The notes under the pieces were generated by a model, which saw nothing but the letters and a program-made list of their open reading frames with translations, was not told the origin of the DNA and ran no database searches. A DNA stretch of 62,729 nt, counting the filler, from Nitrospinota bacterium (lineage in GTDB: Bacteria; JAUXIQ01): the NCBI GenBank assembly GCA_030620925.1. It is 10 parts of 10 records of this genome, joined end to end, with 100 filler letters (N's around TTAATTAATTAA, not from the genome) between each part and the next. Parts side by side here need not be neighbours in the genome. Positions count along the whole stretch, not along the records: positions 1 to 5,407 come from JAUXIQ010000163.1; positions 5,508 to 9,338 come from JAUXIQ010000279.1; positions 9,439 to 24,476 come from JAUXIQ010000012.1; 7 more parts are not named here. One strand, 5' to 3'. This document shows positions 1-9,784 of the stretch, one piece after another. Numbering within the stretch: the first letter of the stretch is position 1; each line of letters starts with the position of its first letter. A program made the translations under genes and the position numbers.

Positions 1-464
1 ACGTCGAAGCCGGCGAATATGGGGATAACCACCAACCCGTAGAGGGCCGCCGGGAGGTTGGTGTTCACCATTTGGGCAAGCTTGTTGGCCTTCCCTTCTA
101 TGGTCAGCGATTCGCCCTCCAGTTTCTCATAATGCTCGAGTTCAGTCTGAAAGAGCTTGACCATTTCCATGCAAGGCCCGGCCGCCCCGGCTATGGCGAT
201 GGCCGAGTATTCGTCGGCTTTGTAGACTTTTTCAATTTTCTTGGAGGCTACCTGAAACCCCTCTACGGCCATCTTATCCCCCGCTATGACCACTCCCCCA
301 TCGAAACTGAGGGCCAGCACCGTGGTGCCTTCGGTGGGTTTAAAATCGACCGGTGGCGGCGGGTTGCGCTGATCGTAAAAGGACGGAAGGATATGGGAAT
401 GTTCCTTCCTCAACAGTTCGAAGAAGCTGGAACCGTTATACCCTCCTGGTCCGGGCAGTTTCAT
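1..464 (-). CDS. prcB: 20S proteasome beta subunit (runs off the window edge; missing from the ORF track)
   Basis: Manual translation from ATG 464, overlapping the pup stop: MKLPGPGGYNGSSFFELL...KPTEG|TTVLALSFDGGVVIAGDKMAVEGFQVASKRIEKV...AIAGAAG...ELEHYEKLEG...GKANKLAQMV. Propeptide followed by Ntn-hydrolase Thr1. Confidence 0.95.
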   Translation of the reverse strand, partial: MKLPGPGGYNGSSFFELLRKEHSHILPSFYDQRNPPPPVDFKPTEGTTVLALSFDGGVVIAGDKMAVEGFQVASKKIEKVYKADEYSAIAIAGAAGPCMEMVKLFQTELEHYEKLEGESLTIEGKANKLAQMVNTNLPAALYGLVVIPIFAGFD

Positions 465-751
465 TCGCCTCCCCTTTGGATATAGTTCTTGACGAATTCC
501 TCGGCGTTTTCTTCGAGCACTTCGTCTATCTCATCGATGACTCGGTCCATATCTCCCTTGAGCTGTTCTGCTTTTTCCGAGACATCTGCACTGGGGGCGG
601 TTTCCTCGGTGGTCTTCTCAGTCTCGGTCTTTTTGGTAGTGCTCCGCCGTTGTTCGGGAGAGGCGCTCACCGCATTTCCCCACCACCCGGTTTTATCAGA
701 GGCCGGAGAAGGCAATACCTTTTTGTCCTGCCGCGATGTTTCCCAAACCAT
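461..751 (-). CDS. pup: Prokaryotic ubiquitin-like protein Pup (C-terminal GGE); alternative start GTG at 670 gives 69 aa
   Basis: C-terminus DEIDEVLEENAEEFVKNYIQRGGE matches the Pup consensus; lies between dop and prcB. Confidence 0.95.
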   Translation of the reverse strand: MVWETSRQDKKVLPSPASDKTGWWGNAVSASPEQRRSTTKKTETEKTTEETAPSADVSEKAEQLKGDMDRVIDEIDEVLEENAEEFVKNYIQRGGE

Positions 752-955
752 GTCCTGACTCCTTTCAGGGAACGTCTACTTCTTTTCGAGGATTATAACC
801 GCAGCTTCCGACAGGCTGAAACGGACGTTTCAGCAAAGTTGGAAAGCGGGATTTCAAGATACTACTAAAATATATATATTATCACAATTTTATCCAGTGC
901 ACCATACGAAAGTGGCTTCTGCCTTGATTGCGGGGGGGTTACGGAGGTTTCTTAT

Positions 956-2440
956 TCAGGCAAGCAGGTTACGGATGAGCGTTTTTGCATCGGGAGAGGA
1001 CTCAATGAGCTCTTCCACGAGCATTTGAGTGCCTCTGGTCGGTTCGGCCATCATTATGCGCTTGACGTTGTTATCGTCCAGGCTGAAGGAGATTGAGTCC
1101 CAGTTGATACCGAAGATTTCCTTGCCGTATTTTCTTTGACAGGTGCCCCGGAAGTAAGCCCTGGTATCGCTGGGAGGGTCTGTAATGGCAGGCGCTATAT
1201 CACTGTCGTCCAGAACTCTGCGCACCTGCCCCCGCTTGTCGAGGAGATGATAAAGCCCTCTGGCCTTGCGAATATCGTGGTATTGCAGGTCCAGCATGGC
1301 CACTCGAGGGTTATCCCAGGCCAGAGAGTGCCTGCTCATGTAATTTGTTATAAGATTTTTCTTGATGATCCAATCGATCTCCTGACACAGTTCCATGGGC
1401 TCCTTTTCCAGCTTGCCCAACACGTACTCCCATTCCTTCAGCACCATGGGTGCGAATTTGTCGTCCTCTTGTTGCTGGCAATATTTCACTGCCAGGTCCA
1501 GGTACTCTTTCTGTATTTCCACCGCGGTGAAATAGTTTCCCTTGGTTAACTTCAGTTTTTTCTTGCAGGTGGTATCGTGAGAGACCTGAACCATAGCTTT
1601 TACGGGGCTGTCCAGACATAATTCCTTTTGTATGAAGTTGTCTTCTATCATGGAGAGCATGATGGCGGTAGTGCCCGCTTTGAGCAGGGTGGTGTATTCG
1701 GACATGTTGGAATCGCCCACGATGACGTGAAGGCGACGGTATTTGGTTCTGTCGGCGTGTGGTTCGTCTCTGGTGTTGATGATGGGGCGTTTGGCCATGG
1801 TATCCAGGCCCACGTCGGTCTCGAAGAAATCGGCCCTCTGCGATATTTGGTAGTCCACCGGGGGTGCATTGTTTTCGGAGCCCACTTTCCCCGCACCGGT
1901 GAAAACCTGCCGGGTGACCAGGAAGGGAATGAGCTCCCTGCTGATCTTATCGAACGGGATTTCTCTGTCCATGAGATAGTTTTCATGGTATCCGTAGCTG
2001 TTCCCCTTCTGGTCGCTGTTGTTTTTGTAGACCAGGATGGCCTTGTCCTGGGGCAGGAGAGCGTTGGACCGCGTTAAACTGATTTCGAGAATGTTTTCAC
2101 CGGCTTTTTCGTAGCGCACGAGGTCGATGACATTGGAACATTCGGGCGTGGAGTATTCCGGGTGAGCGTGGTCCACGTAATACCGGGCTCCGTTGGTGAG
2201 GGTCTTGTTGAGGGCGGTGTTTTCCTCCTGGGTGGGAGGAGTTTGTTCATGGTCGATGATGAAGCCGCGGGCGTCGTTAAGGGGGCTTTCCTGGTCGTAG
2301 TCCCATAAGATATTACTGGATTGAGGGGGCAAGAAGTTGTTTACCAGCAGGATGGAATTGGTAATCGGGTCGAAGTCCGGTTCACCGGGTACTATTATTC
2401 CGTATTCGGTTTCAGTACCCATTATTTTTTCTACGGCCAT
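956..2440 (-). CDS. dop: Pup deamidase/depupylase Dop (PafA family)
   Basis: MGTETEYGI, NGARYYVDHAHPEYSTPEC, TRDEPHAD, RRLHVIVGD, DLQYHDI and TRAYFRG motifs. Confidence 0.92.
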   Translation of the reverse strand: MAVEKIMGTETEYGIIVPGEPDFDPITNSILLVNNFLPPQSSNILWDYDQESPLNDARGFIIDHEQTPPTQEENTALNKTLTNGARYYVDHAHPEYSTPECSNVIDLVRYEKAGENILEISLTRSNALLPQDKAILVYKNNSDQKGNSYGYHENYLMDREIPFDKISRELIPFLVTRQVFTGAGKVGSENNAPPVDYQISQRADFFETDVGLDTMAKRPIINTRDEPHADRTKYRRLHVIVGDSNMSEYTTLLKAGTTAIMLSMIEDNFIQKELCLDSPVKAMVQVSHDTTCKKKLKLTKGNYFTAVEIQKEYLDLAVKYCQQQEDDKFAPMVLKEWEYVLGKLEKEPMELCQEIDWIIKKNLITNYMSRHSLAWDNPRVAMLDLQYHDIRKARGLYHLLDKRGQVRRVLDDSDIAPAITDPPSDTRAYFRGTCQRKYGKEIFGINWDSISFSLDDNNVKRIMMAEPTRGTQMLVEELIESSPDAKTLIRNLLA

Positions 2441-2493
2441 ACTCTTTTCTCGATATGCAGCCTGCAGGAGGTAGACCTATTGTTTCACCATCT

Positions 2494-4320
2494 CTACAGG
2501 TACTGCCCCGGTTCTATGTTCTCTATATTTTTGGCCAGGGGCTCTGCGCCGCGTATGAGGGTTCGGATGTTGACTATCCGCTCTCCTTTCTTGCCCGCTA
2601 TCTTGGACCAATCGTCGGGATTGGTGGTATTGGGTAGGTCTTCGTTTCCCTTGAATTCGTCTTTCACGGCGTCCTCGAGGTCCGAGTATTTAATGCCCTT
2701 TTCCCCGCCGGTTATGTAGCGTTTGAGGGCGTTCTTCTTGGCCCTGGAGACTATGTTGTGGATCATGGCCCCGCTTGAGAAGTCCTTGAAGTAGAAGATT
2801 TCCTTATCTCCCCGGGCGTAGGTTACTTCCAGAAACTGGTTCTGCTCCGAGGTGCTGTACATATAATCGGCCACCTTTTTTATGAGATGTTCAACGGTGG
2901 CCTGCCGGTCGTTATCGAAATTCGAGAGAACCTCCTCATGTATGGGAATCTCAGGGACCAGGTACTTGCTTAAAATATCTACTGCCCCCACCTTATCGGG
3001 GCGGTCTACCTTTATCTTGAGATCGAGCCTGCCCGGGCGCAAAACTGCCGGGTCTATGAGATCCTGACGGTTGCTGGCGCCTATCACTATAACGTTTTTA
3101 AGTGCTTCCAGGCCGTCAATTTCGGAGAGGAACTGGGCCACCACAGTCACCTCCATGTCTGAGGAGATGCCTGAACCCCTGACTCTGAACAGGGAGTCCA
3201 CTTCATCGAAGAAGACGATTACCGGGGTGTTTTCGTCTGCGCGCTCCTTGGCTTTTTTGAAAACCTCTCTGATTTTGTGCTCCGTCTCGCCGACGTACTT
3301 GTTCAGGAGTTCCGGCCCTTTGATGTTGAGGAAGTAGCTTTTGGCTTTCTTCCCCGTCTTGGCTTCTATCCTGTTGGCGAGGCTGTTGGCTACAGCCTTG
3401 GCTATCATGGTCTTTCCGCAGCCGGGAGGTCCGTAAAGGAGTATCCCTTTGGGGGGCAGGAGCTGGTGCTCCTCGAATTCTTTGGGGTACAGGTAGGGAA
3501 GTTCGATGCCGTCCTTGAGGGTCTCTATCTGCTCGTCCAGGCCTCCGATGTCTTTGTAAGTGACCTCTGGTATCTCTTCCAACACCACCTCTTCCACTCT
3601 GGATTTGGGCAGCCGCTCGAAAGCGTAACTGGAGGAGGGGTCTATGAGGAGCATGTCTCCGATTTTGAGCTCCATTTCGATGAGCATCCCTGAGAGATGG
3701 ACCACCCGTTCTTCATCGGCCCGGCAGATTACGATGGCCCGGTCGCCTTCCAGAAAGTCTTTTATCTGCCCCGCTTCGCCCTCGGTTATAAAATCCGCGT
3801 AGTCGATGACGTTGTACGCCTCGTTCAGCACCAGTTGCTGCCCTTCCAGGAGGCTTTCGACCTCCACCTTGGAGTGGACGTTTACTTTGATGGTTTTACC
3901 GTCCAGGCACACGTCCACCGTCCCGTCCTTGTTGAAGCGCTTAAATATTGCGTAACTGTTGGGGGGTGAGCAGAGCTTTTCCACTTCCTTCTTCAGCTCT
4001 TCCATCTGCGCTTTCGCTCTGTTAAGAGCGCCGACCAGCCTTTCGTTCTGTTTCCTGCCTTTATGGAGCTGTTCGTTGTTCTGGTGATATTTCCTCTTCA
4101 GCACCTCGAACTCGCTCAGGGTTCGCTGAAGGTGACTCATAAGCTCCTTGCTTTCACCCTCCAGAAACTGCACTTGTTCTTGCAGTTCTCTGATGGTTTC
4201 TTCGTATTCCTTGATACGTTCTTGGAAGGAGGCTTCTGCTTTGGAACTGTGCAGGCTAAATTTTCTCAGTTTGTCTTTCATAAACCCCTTCTTTTCAGGA
4301 CTGTTTCGGTAGTTTTCCAT
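2494..4320 (-). CDS. arc: Proteasome ATPase ARC/Mpa
   Basis: N-terminal coiled coil, OB region, Walker A GPPGCGKT, KGPELLNKYVGE, Walker B VFFDE, PNTTNPDDW and C-terminal GQYL docking motif. Confidence 0.96.
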   Translation of the reverse strand: MENYRNSPEKKGFMKDKLRKFSLHSSKAEASFQERIKEYEETIRELQEQVQFLEGESKELMSHLQRTLSEFEVLKRKYHQNNEQLHKGRKQNERLVGALNRAKAQMEELKKEVEKLCSPPNSYAIFKRFNKDGTVDVCLDGKTIKVNVHSKVEVESLLEGQQLVLNEAYNVIDYADFITEGEAGQIKDFLEGDRAIVICRADEERVVHLSGMLIEMELKIGDMLLIDPSSSYAFERLPKSRVEEVVLEEIPEVTYKDIGGLDEQIETLKDGIELPYLYPKEFEEHQLLPPKGILLYGPPGCGKTMIAKAVANSLANRIEAKTGKKAKSYFLNIKGPELLNKYVGETEHKIREVFKKAKERADENTPVIVFFDEVDSLFRVRGSGISSDMEVTVVAQFLSEIDGLEALKNVIVIGASNRQDLIDPAVLRPGRLDLKIKVDRPDKVGAVDILSKYLVPEIPIHEEVLSNFDNDRQATVEHLIKKVADYMYSTSEQNQFLEVTYARGDKEIFYFKDFSSGAMIHNIVSRAKKNALKRYITGGEKGIKYSDLEDAVKDEFKGNEDLPNTTNPDDWSKIAGKKGERIVNIRTLIRGAEPLAKNIENIEPGQYL

Positions 4321-4536
4321 TATCCGTCATCTTTATTCCAGGGATTATTAATACTGACGACTGTCTGGTTGCCATAGTATAGCACTCGTTAATATTATCG
4401 AACAACACGGGCATCAATCTTAAAAAAAGATGGCTATTTGTGAGGCGGCGATCCATCCTCTGACCATAACCACCCGTGTTCTATAAATTTAACATATTTC
4501 ACCGTCTCGTCAATATTCAATATTTTTCTGATGGCG

Positions 4537-5406
4537 CTAGCCGCCCGCCGGAGCCGGGCGAATTACTACAAGGGCGCTGCGCTCCATATCCAGGTAGCGC
4601 CGGGCGATGTCCTGGACTTCTTGCGAAGTCACCTCCATTATCCTCTCAGGGTAACTCAGTAATTCCCTGTATCCCAGGCCGTGGCTTTCATAAAATGCCA
4701 GCCTGGCGGCCTGAGCGCTGGCGCGTTGAAGCTCTATTTCATAGGTACCGGTAACGAACTTTTTCGCCCTCTCCAGTTCTGCCTTACCGGCCTTACGATC
4801 CTGCACTTTGTATAGCTCCTTTTTTATAGCTTCTATTGCGGTGTCAACCTTTTCGGGGCTGGTGCCTATGTATACGCCAAGGGAGCCGGGGTCTACACCT
4901 TCCTGGGAAAAGGAGGTAACTGAATAGGCTAGACTCATCTTATCCCTAAGCTCGAGGAAAAGCCTCCCTCCCTGACCGGACAGGATGGCGTTGAGCACCG
5001 TCAGGGGATAACGATCCTTATCCGTCACACGGACTCCCAGGAAACCCAACACAATGTGAGCCTGTTCCTTTTTCCTGTCTATTTCTTTCGTACGGGGCTT
5101 GTTGATTCTCGGCTCTGGGGAGACCTGAGGGGCCTTAAACCTGCCCGACCTCATCTCCCCGAAGTGACGATAGACCTTCTCCACTGCCTCCTCGGTGCTC
5201 ACATCGCCCACTATGGATATGACCAGGTTGCCCGGCACAGCCTGCCGCCGATGGTATTTTTCCAGGTCTTCACCGTCCAGTGCAGCGACGGTTTCGCGGG
5301 TGCCCTGCAAGTTCAGTCTGTAAGGGTGCTTCAGGAATAGCGTCTTTGCCAGCTCAACGAACGCCAACTGGGCAAGGTTGTCCTCCTGCAGGCGCAGGGC
5401 GGTGAA
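4537..5406 (-). CDS. M16 family zinc peptidase, C-terminal part (5' truncated at linker)
   Basis: HPY...G, QAHIVLG, LNAILSGQGGRLFLELRDKMSLAYSV are M16 C-domain motifs. Confidence 0.85.
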   Translation of the reverse strand, partial: FTALRLQEDNLAQLAFVELAKTLFLKHPYRLNLQGTRETVAALDGEDLEKYHRRQAVPGNLVISIVGDVSTEEAVEKVYRHFGEMRSGRFKAPQVSPEPRINKPRTKEIDRKKEQAHIVLGFLGVRVTDKDRYPLTVLNAILSGQGGRLFLELRDKMSLAYSVTSFSQEGVDPGSLGVYIGTSPEKVDTAIEAIKKELYKVQDRKAGKAELERAKKFVTGTYEIELQRASAQAARLAFYESHGLGYRELLSYPERIMEVTSQEVQDIARRYLDMERSALVVIRPAPAGG

Positions 5407-5507
5407 TNNNNNNNNNNNNNNNNNNNNNNNNNNNNNNNNNNNNNNNNNNNNTTAATTAATTAANNNNNNNNNNNNNNNNNNNNNNNNNNNNNNNNNNNNN
5501 NNNNNNN

Positions 5508-5713
5508 GCATAAACTATTGTCAGCGCACAGGTTATAGCAATAATGAGGCTGATGGGAAATATGAGGGAAGTCTCGGTGAGAGGAGGGCGAAACAGGATA
5601 ATACTGCCTAAAAAGGTGGTGATCAACACTACCCTGAAACCCATGAGAAACTGTATTTTTATCCTCAGTTCCTGCTCGGTGGGTTCTTTCTCTATCCGTT
5701 TGGTACTGCTCAC
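5508..5713 (-). CDS. PilS-like sensor kinase, N-terminal membrane part (truncated at linker)
   Basis: LMGFRVVLITTFLG...ALTIVY transmembrane start directly after pilC, as in pilC-pilS-pilR clusters. Confidence 0.6.
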
Positions 5714-5893
5714 ACCACGACCTCTCGGGTATCTGGTCGATATTTTCAGAATCTTAACTACCCATCGAATTAGGTGAGGGTGGTAGATGATCGACCGCCG
5801 CCGGCTCACGATCAGATACTCCGCGTATCACACCTGCAGATCAGACTTGTCGTCGTTCCAAATGGCCGCCACCTTAAAAAAATTAATCAGTCA

Positions 5894-7096
5894 TCAACCG
5901 GCAAGAGAAGCGATGTCGAAAATAGGCAGGAACATGGCTATTACCAAACCTCCGATAACCGCACCCAGCACCACCATAATCATAGGCTCCAACAGCGAGG
6001 TGAGAGCGGCCACCGAGGCATCCACCTCTTCATCGTAGAACTCGGCTATTTTAGCCAGCATAGCATCAACGGCGCCGGTGCTTTCACCGATCTCTATCAT
6101 CTGCACGACCATGGGTGGGAAAACCTTTTTCTGCTTCAGGGGGCCTGCGATGGTGTCTCCAGCTTTTATGTTGTCTATTACGTCTATAATAGCATCCTCC
6201 ACCACTTTATTACCTGAGGTTTTTGCGGTTATGGTGAGGGCTTCTATGATGGACACACCACTGCTCAATAAGGTGCCCAGCGTACGGGTGAATTTGGCTA
6301 CGGCGACCTTCTGCACCAGCACACCCACTATGGGAAGCTTGAGTACGATGGTATCGAAGATTCTCCTGCCGTTATCGGTCTCGTAATATTTATAACCGCC
6401 TATACCCAGACCTATCATTAACGGAATTGCGTAGGGCAGGAGCGCCATGGCCATGTTGCTGAGGTCTATGACAAACTGAGTGAGCCCCGGGAGTTCCTGG
6501 CCCATCTCCACGAACACTGAAGCAAACTTGGGGATGACGAATACAAGGAGGAAAATGGTTATGACTACGGATACCATCACAATGCTGGCGGGATAGAACA
6601 TGGCTCCTTTGATCTCACGCTTGAGCTTCAGAGATTTTTCCATGTATGTCGACAGACGGTGAAGGATGATATCCATTATTCCGCCCGCCTCGCCGGCTTC
6701 CACCATGTTGACAAAAAGGTTATCGAACACCTTGGGGTGTTTACCCAACGCCTCGGCAAAAGTCGTACCCCCTTCAACATTTGTCCTGATTTCCCGAAGA
6801 ATCTTTCTAAAGATAGGATTAACAGCCTGCTTCTCGAGGATTTCCAGGCCCTGCACCAGGGGCAGACCGGCGTCTATCATGGTGGAGAGCTGTCTGGTAA
6901 AAACCACTATTTCTTCTGATTTAACACCTCCGCCGAAAAGGGCCAGATTTATCTCTTTCGGTTTTGTTTTTATTTTGCTCGTCGTAATTTTCTGCCTGCG
7001 CAGGACAGCCTTGACCTGTTCCTGGTTTTCAGCTTCTATCTCGCCGCTGCGCTCCTCGCCCGCGCGAGTCTTCCCTTTCCATACGTAGACAGCCAT
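5894..7096 (-). CDS. pilC: Type IV pilus inner-membrane platform protein (GspF/PilC)
   Basis: FTRQLSTMIDAGLPL, AGEAGG, IGESTG and LLEP motifs. Confidence 0.93.
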   Translation of the reverse strand: MAVYVWKGKTRAGEERSGEIEAENQEQVKAVLRRQKITTSKIKTKPKEINLALFGGGVKSEEIVVFTRQLSTMIDAGLPLVQGLEILEKQAVNPIFRKILREIRTNVEGGTTFAEALGKHPKVFDNLFVNMVEAGEAGGIMDIILHRLSTYMEKSLKLKREIKGAMFYPASIVMVSVVITIFLLVFVIPKFASVFVEMGQELPGLTQFVIDLSNMAMALLPYAIPLMIGLGIGGYKYYETDNGRRIFDTIVLKLPIVGVLVQKVAVAKFTRTLGTLLSSGVSIIEALTITAKTSGNKVVEDAIIDVIDNIKAGDTIAGPLKQKKVFPPMVVQMIEIGESTGAVDAMLAKIAEFYDEEVDASVAALTSLLEPMIMVVLGAVIGGLVIAMFLPIFDIASLAG

Positions 7097-7200
7097 CCTT
7101 TTCCTCTCCTTAAACTATTTGCAGGCTCATCAAAACAAGTATGATCGTTGAACGAATTTCATATTTACTTATCGGCTTAATGGACTGTGATACTTTAGTT

Positions 7201-8058
7201 TTATGCCGTTTTCAATTTTTCCATCAATAACCTTCTTATCCTGCCCGCGGGGAACCGTTTCCCGGTCCAGATCTGAAATGCCAGGTCACCCTGATGAATG
7301 AGCATGCCCAGTCCATCGAGTGTGCGGGCCCCCCTTCGGCGGCACTCTTCCAAAAAAGGGGTTTTCAACGGTGTATAGACTATGTCGCAAACAAGATGAC
7401 GATCATCTATGCCCTCGGGACTTATGGGAAGCTCGTCCCCGCCGCCCATACCCACTGAAGTAGCATTTATAATCAGGTCCACCCCGGGCAGTAACTCCTT
7501 AAGCTCATCATTTTTTAGCGGAACAAATTCTGCGTGGGTGTACGAAAGCCCGGCCTCGAGATGCTTCACCAGGGCTTCTCCCTTCTCCGGCGTCCTGTTA
7601 ATCACCAATATCTCTGAAACTCCCTCCATAGCCAGCTTTACGGCCAGCCCGCGGGCCGCGCCTCCCGCCCCGATCAGCAGCACCCTCTTGCCCCCAACCT
7701 CCTCACCGGCGTCTTCCCTGAGGGAGGCCACGAAACCGGCTCCGTCAGTATTGTAACCCACGACGCGCCCGCCATCAAAATCTATGGTATTCACCGCTTT
7801 GGTCGCAGCAGAAACCGGATCAAGCTGATCCAGATGCTCCAACACGGCCTGTTTGTGGGGAATGGTCACGTTCACACCCTTAACTCCCAGCGCCATCAGG
7901 CCCGACAACGCCGCCTCAATCTCTCCCGGTTTGACCTCAAAGGGTACATAGAACCCCTTAATGCCCAGGTTTCGCAGCGCTTCGTTGTGCATCAGGGGAG
8001 ATAGGGAATGCCCGACCGGATGGCCTATTATCCCCAGCACCAACTGTCCTTCAGCCAT
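7201..8058 (-). CDS. aroE: Shikimate dehydrogenase
   Basis: HSLSP, NVTIPHK, AVNT, NTDG, GAGGAA, NATSVGM, DIVY and GLGMLIHQ motifs. Confidence 0.96.
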   Translation of the reverse strand: MAEGQLVLGIIGHPVGHSLSPLMHNEALRNLGIKGFYVPFEVKPGEIEAALSGLMALGVKGVNVTIPHKQAVLEHLDQLDPVSAATKAVNTIDFDGGRVVGYNTDGAGFVASLREDAGEEVGGKRVLLIGAGGAARGLAVKLAMEGVSEILVINRTPEKGEALVKHLEAGLSYTHAEFVPLKNDELKELLPGVDLIINATSVGMGGGDELPISPEGIDDRHLVCDIVYTPLKTPFLEECRRRGARTLDGLGMLIHQGDLAFQIWTGKRFPAGRIRRLLMEKLKTA

Positions 8059-8114
8059 GGCTTCTCCGGTATTCTCACTTTTCCGTGCCGCCCCAACCAG
8101 TCATAGGCAGCGGT

Positions 8115-9032
8115 TTATCGGAGGGTATCCCGGGTTATGGGATAGTTGCGGAGTACGTTTCCTTCAGTATCGGGTACGGTGATCTTCTGATCGTTGAGAT
8201 TCAGTTCCACTCCCTTGACGTTACCCAAAGTCAAGAGAATTTGCTCTTTCGCCGTCCATACCCTGGTGTCACCGCGAGGAAGGAATATTCTCTCATCCAT
8301 ATCCAATTCGATAATTTTTATTTCCACCCAGGTGCCGGCTATGGCGTGCACCTTTAAGGTGAGCTCCTCCACCGGTTTCCTGCCGGGATACGTCGCCTCC
8401 CTCGAACTATCGGATACCTTTCCCTTCGCACCGCTCCATCGCGCCTGCGGGGAGCTGCGCATTGGAAGTATGGTTAGCTTCTTTGGGAAGTCTCTATCCT
8501 GCAATTGCCTGGGAGGATGAGGCGGACTTACTTCCCCTACCTGTTCACCCGACCCGCCCTTTATCCCGGATTCCTGAGCAGAAGAAATGACCACCGACCT
8601 CGTGCCGCCGGCCTCTTTTCCGGTTTCAACGGCTTTATCGCCGGCTTCATTATCCATCATCTGCATAGCTATTATAACCAATACCACAATGCATACCACC
8701 AGCACTGCGCCGCCTATTATCAGCTTCTTTGCGACCCTCGGTTTTTCCGGCTCAGTCTCCGGTAATTTCTCTGAAACCTTCTCCTCGGGCGTTCCCCCTG
8801 AGCCTGTGGTCTCCTCATAAACCAGCATAACCTCATCGGGATTAAGCCCTATGCATTGTGCGTAGGACCTTAAAAAACCCTTCACAAACGGTTCAGCCGG
8901 AAGAGATTTATAGTCATCCGCTTCCAGTGCTGCAAGAAAACGCAAACTTATCCTGGTAACGTGGGCTACCTCATCCAGGGTAAACCCCCTCAGTTCCCTT
9001 TCCCTCTTGATATATGCACCCACAGATTCCAA
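8115..9032 (-). CDS. rodZ: RodZ-like HTH / transmembrane / DUF4115 protein
   Basis: XRE-like HTH (KRERE..G.TL.EVA..TRI...FVKGFLRSYA), one TM helix, C-terminal LTLGN.KGV; TTG start after AGGAGG. Confidence 0.8.
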   Translation of the reverse strand: MESVGAYIKRERELRGFTLDEVAHVTRISLRFLAALEADDYKSLPAEPFVKGFLRSYAQCIGLNPDEVMLVYEETTGSGGTPEEKVSEKLPETEPEKPRVAKKLIIGGAVLVVCIVVLVIIAMQMMDNEAGDKAVETGKEAGGTRSVVISSAQESGIKGGSGEQVGEVSPPHPPRQLQDRDFPKKLTILPMRSSPQARWSGAKGKVSDSSREATYPGRKPVEELTLKVHAIAGTWVEIKIIELDMDERIFLPRGDTRVWTAKEQILLTLGNVKGVELNLNDQKITVPDTEGNVLRNYPITRDTLR

Positions 9033-9784
9033 AAAAACTACCTCCTGCCCGGCCAGCAATTGATTGCCTAGGGTTCCCGCTCCATAGCTCCTTCCGGGAA
9101 GACAAAAGCCCGAAATATACCACCAAAATATGTTATAAATCTGCGGCTTTCTTCCGATAAGATATTTAAAGTGTTTTCGTGACTATATTTAAATTTTAAC
9201 AGATAAACTTTCTTTTGTCAAAACTCAAAGGGGGTGTAAATAAAAAGTAACATCGTTTGGATATTACCTGTTAATGCCTTTAGGCTCCCTGCCAATACAT
9301 CTGCCTTGCGTAACCGGCGACTTGGTGGTATTCTTATANNNNNNNNNNNNNNNNNNNNNNNNNNNNNNNNNNNNNNNNNNNNTTAATTAATTAANNNNNN
9401 NNNNNNNNNNNNNNNNNNNNNNNNNNNNNNNNNNNNNNGGGACGGAGTGCAGAATCTCGTCTACACTTGCAAATCATGCATCTCACAGAATACTGCCATC
9501 TTGAATTCAGGTCAGTCGCCAGCGTATAGGGAGACTCCAGTATCCTGTGAAGTCCTGAATCGTTAATAGGAGCACCTCGCGGCACACGGGCTCGCCCTGT
9601 TTTGGATTATTACAATTGGCACGAATACAAGATTCGCCCCCACTTGCAGATAACAAAAAGAACGTGCAAATGATTTTTTATTGTCCTTAAATCGCGTTCG
9701 CCTATAATGGTAACTGAAAAATATGGTTAGCCGTTAATCCGGTTAAATCACCGACCTTCAGCGATAAAAAAGCGGGGAGAAAAA

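Noticed and set aside
461-751. UBact instead of Pup
   Set aside because: The C-terminus has the Pup DEID.VLEENAEEFV...Q.GGE pattern, not the UBact R[T/S]G[E/Q] ending.
5408-5507. Recurring N-run / TTAATTAATTAA / N-run motif (nine times) as a biological repeat
   Set aside because: Artificial contig linker with stops in all frames; ORFs running into it are truncated or spurious.
9068-9095. Mini uORF MEREP upstream of rodZ
   Set aside because: SD-to-ATG spacing is only 2 nt and there is no other support.
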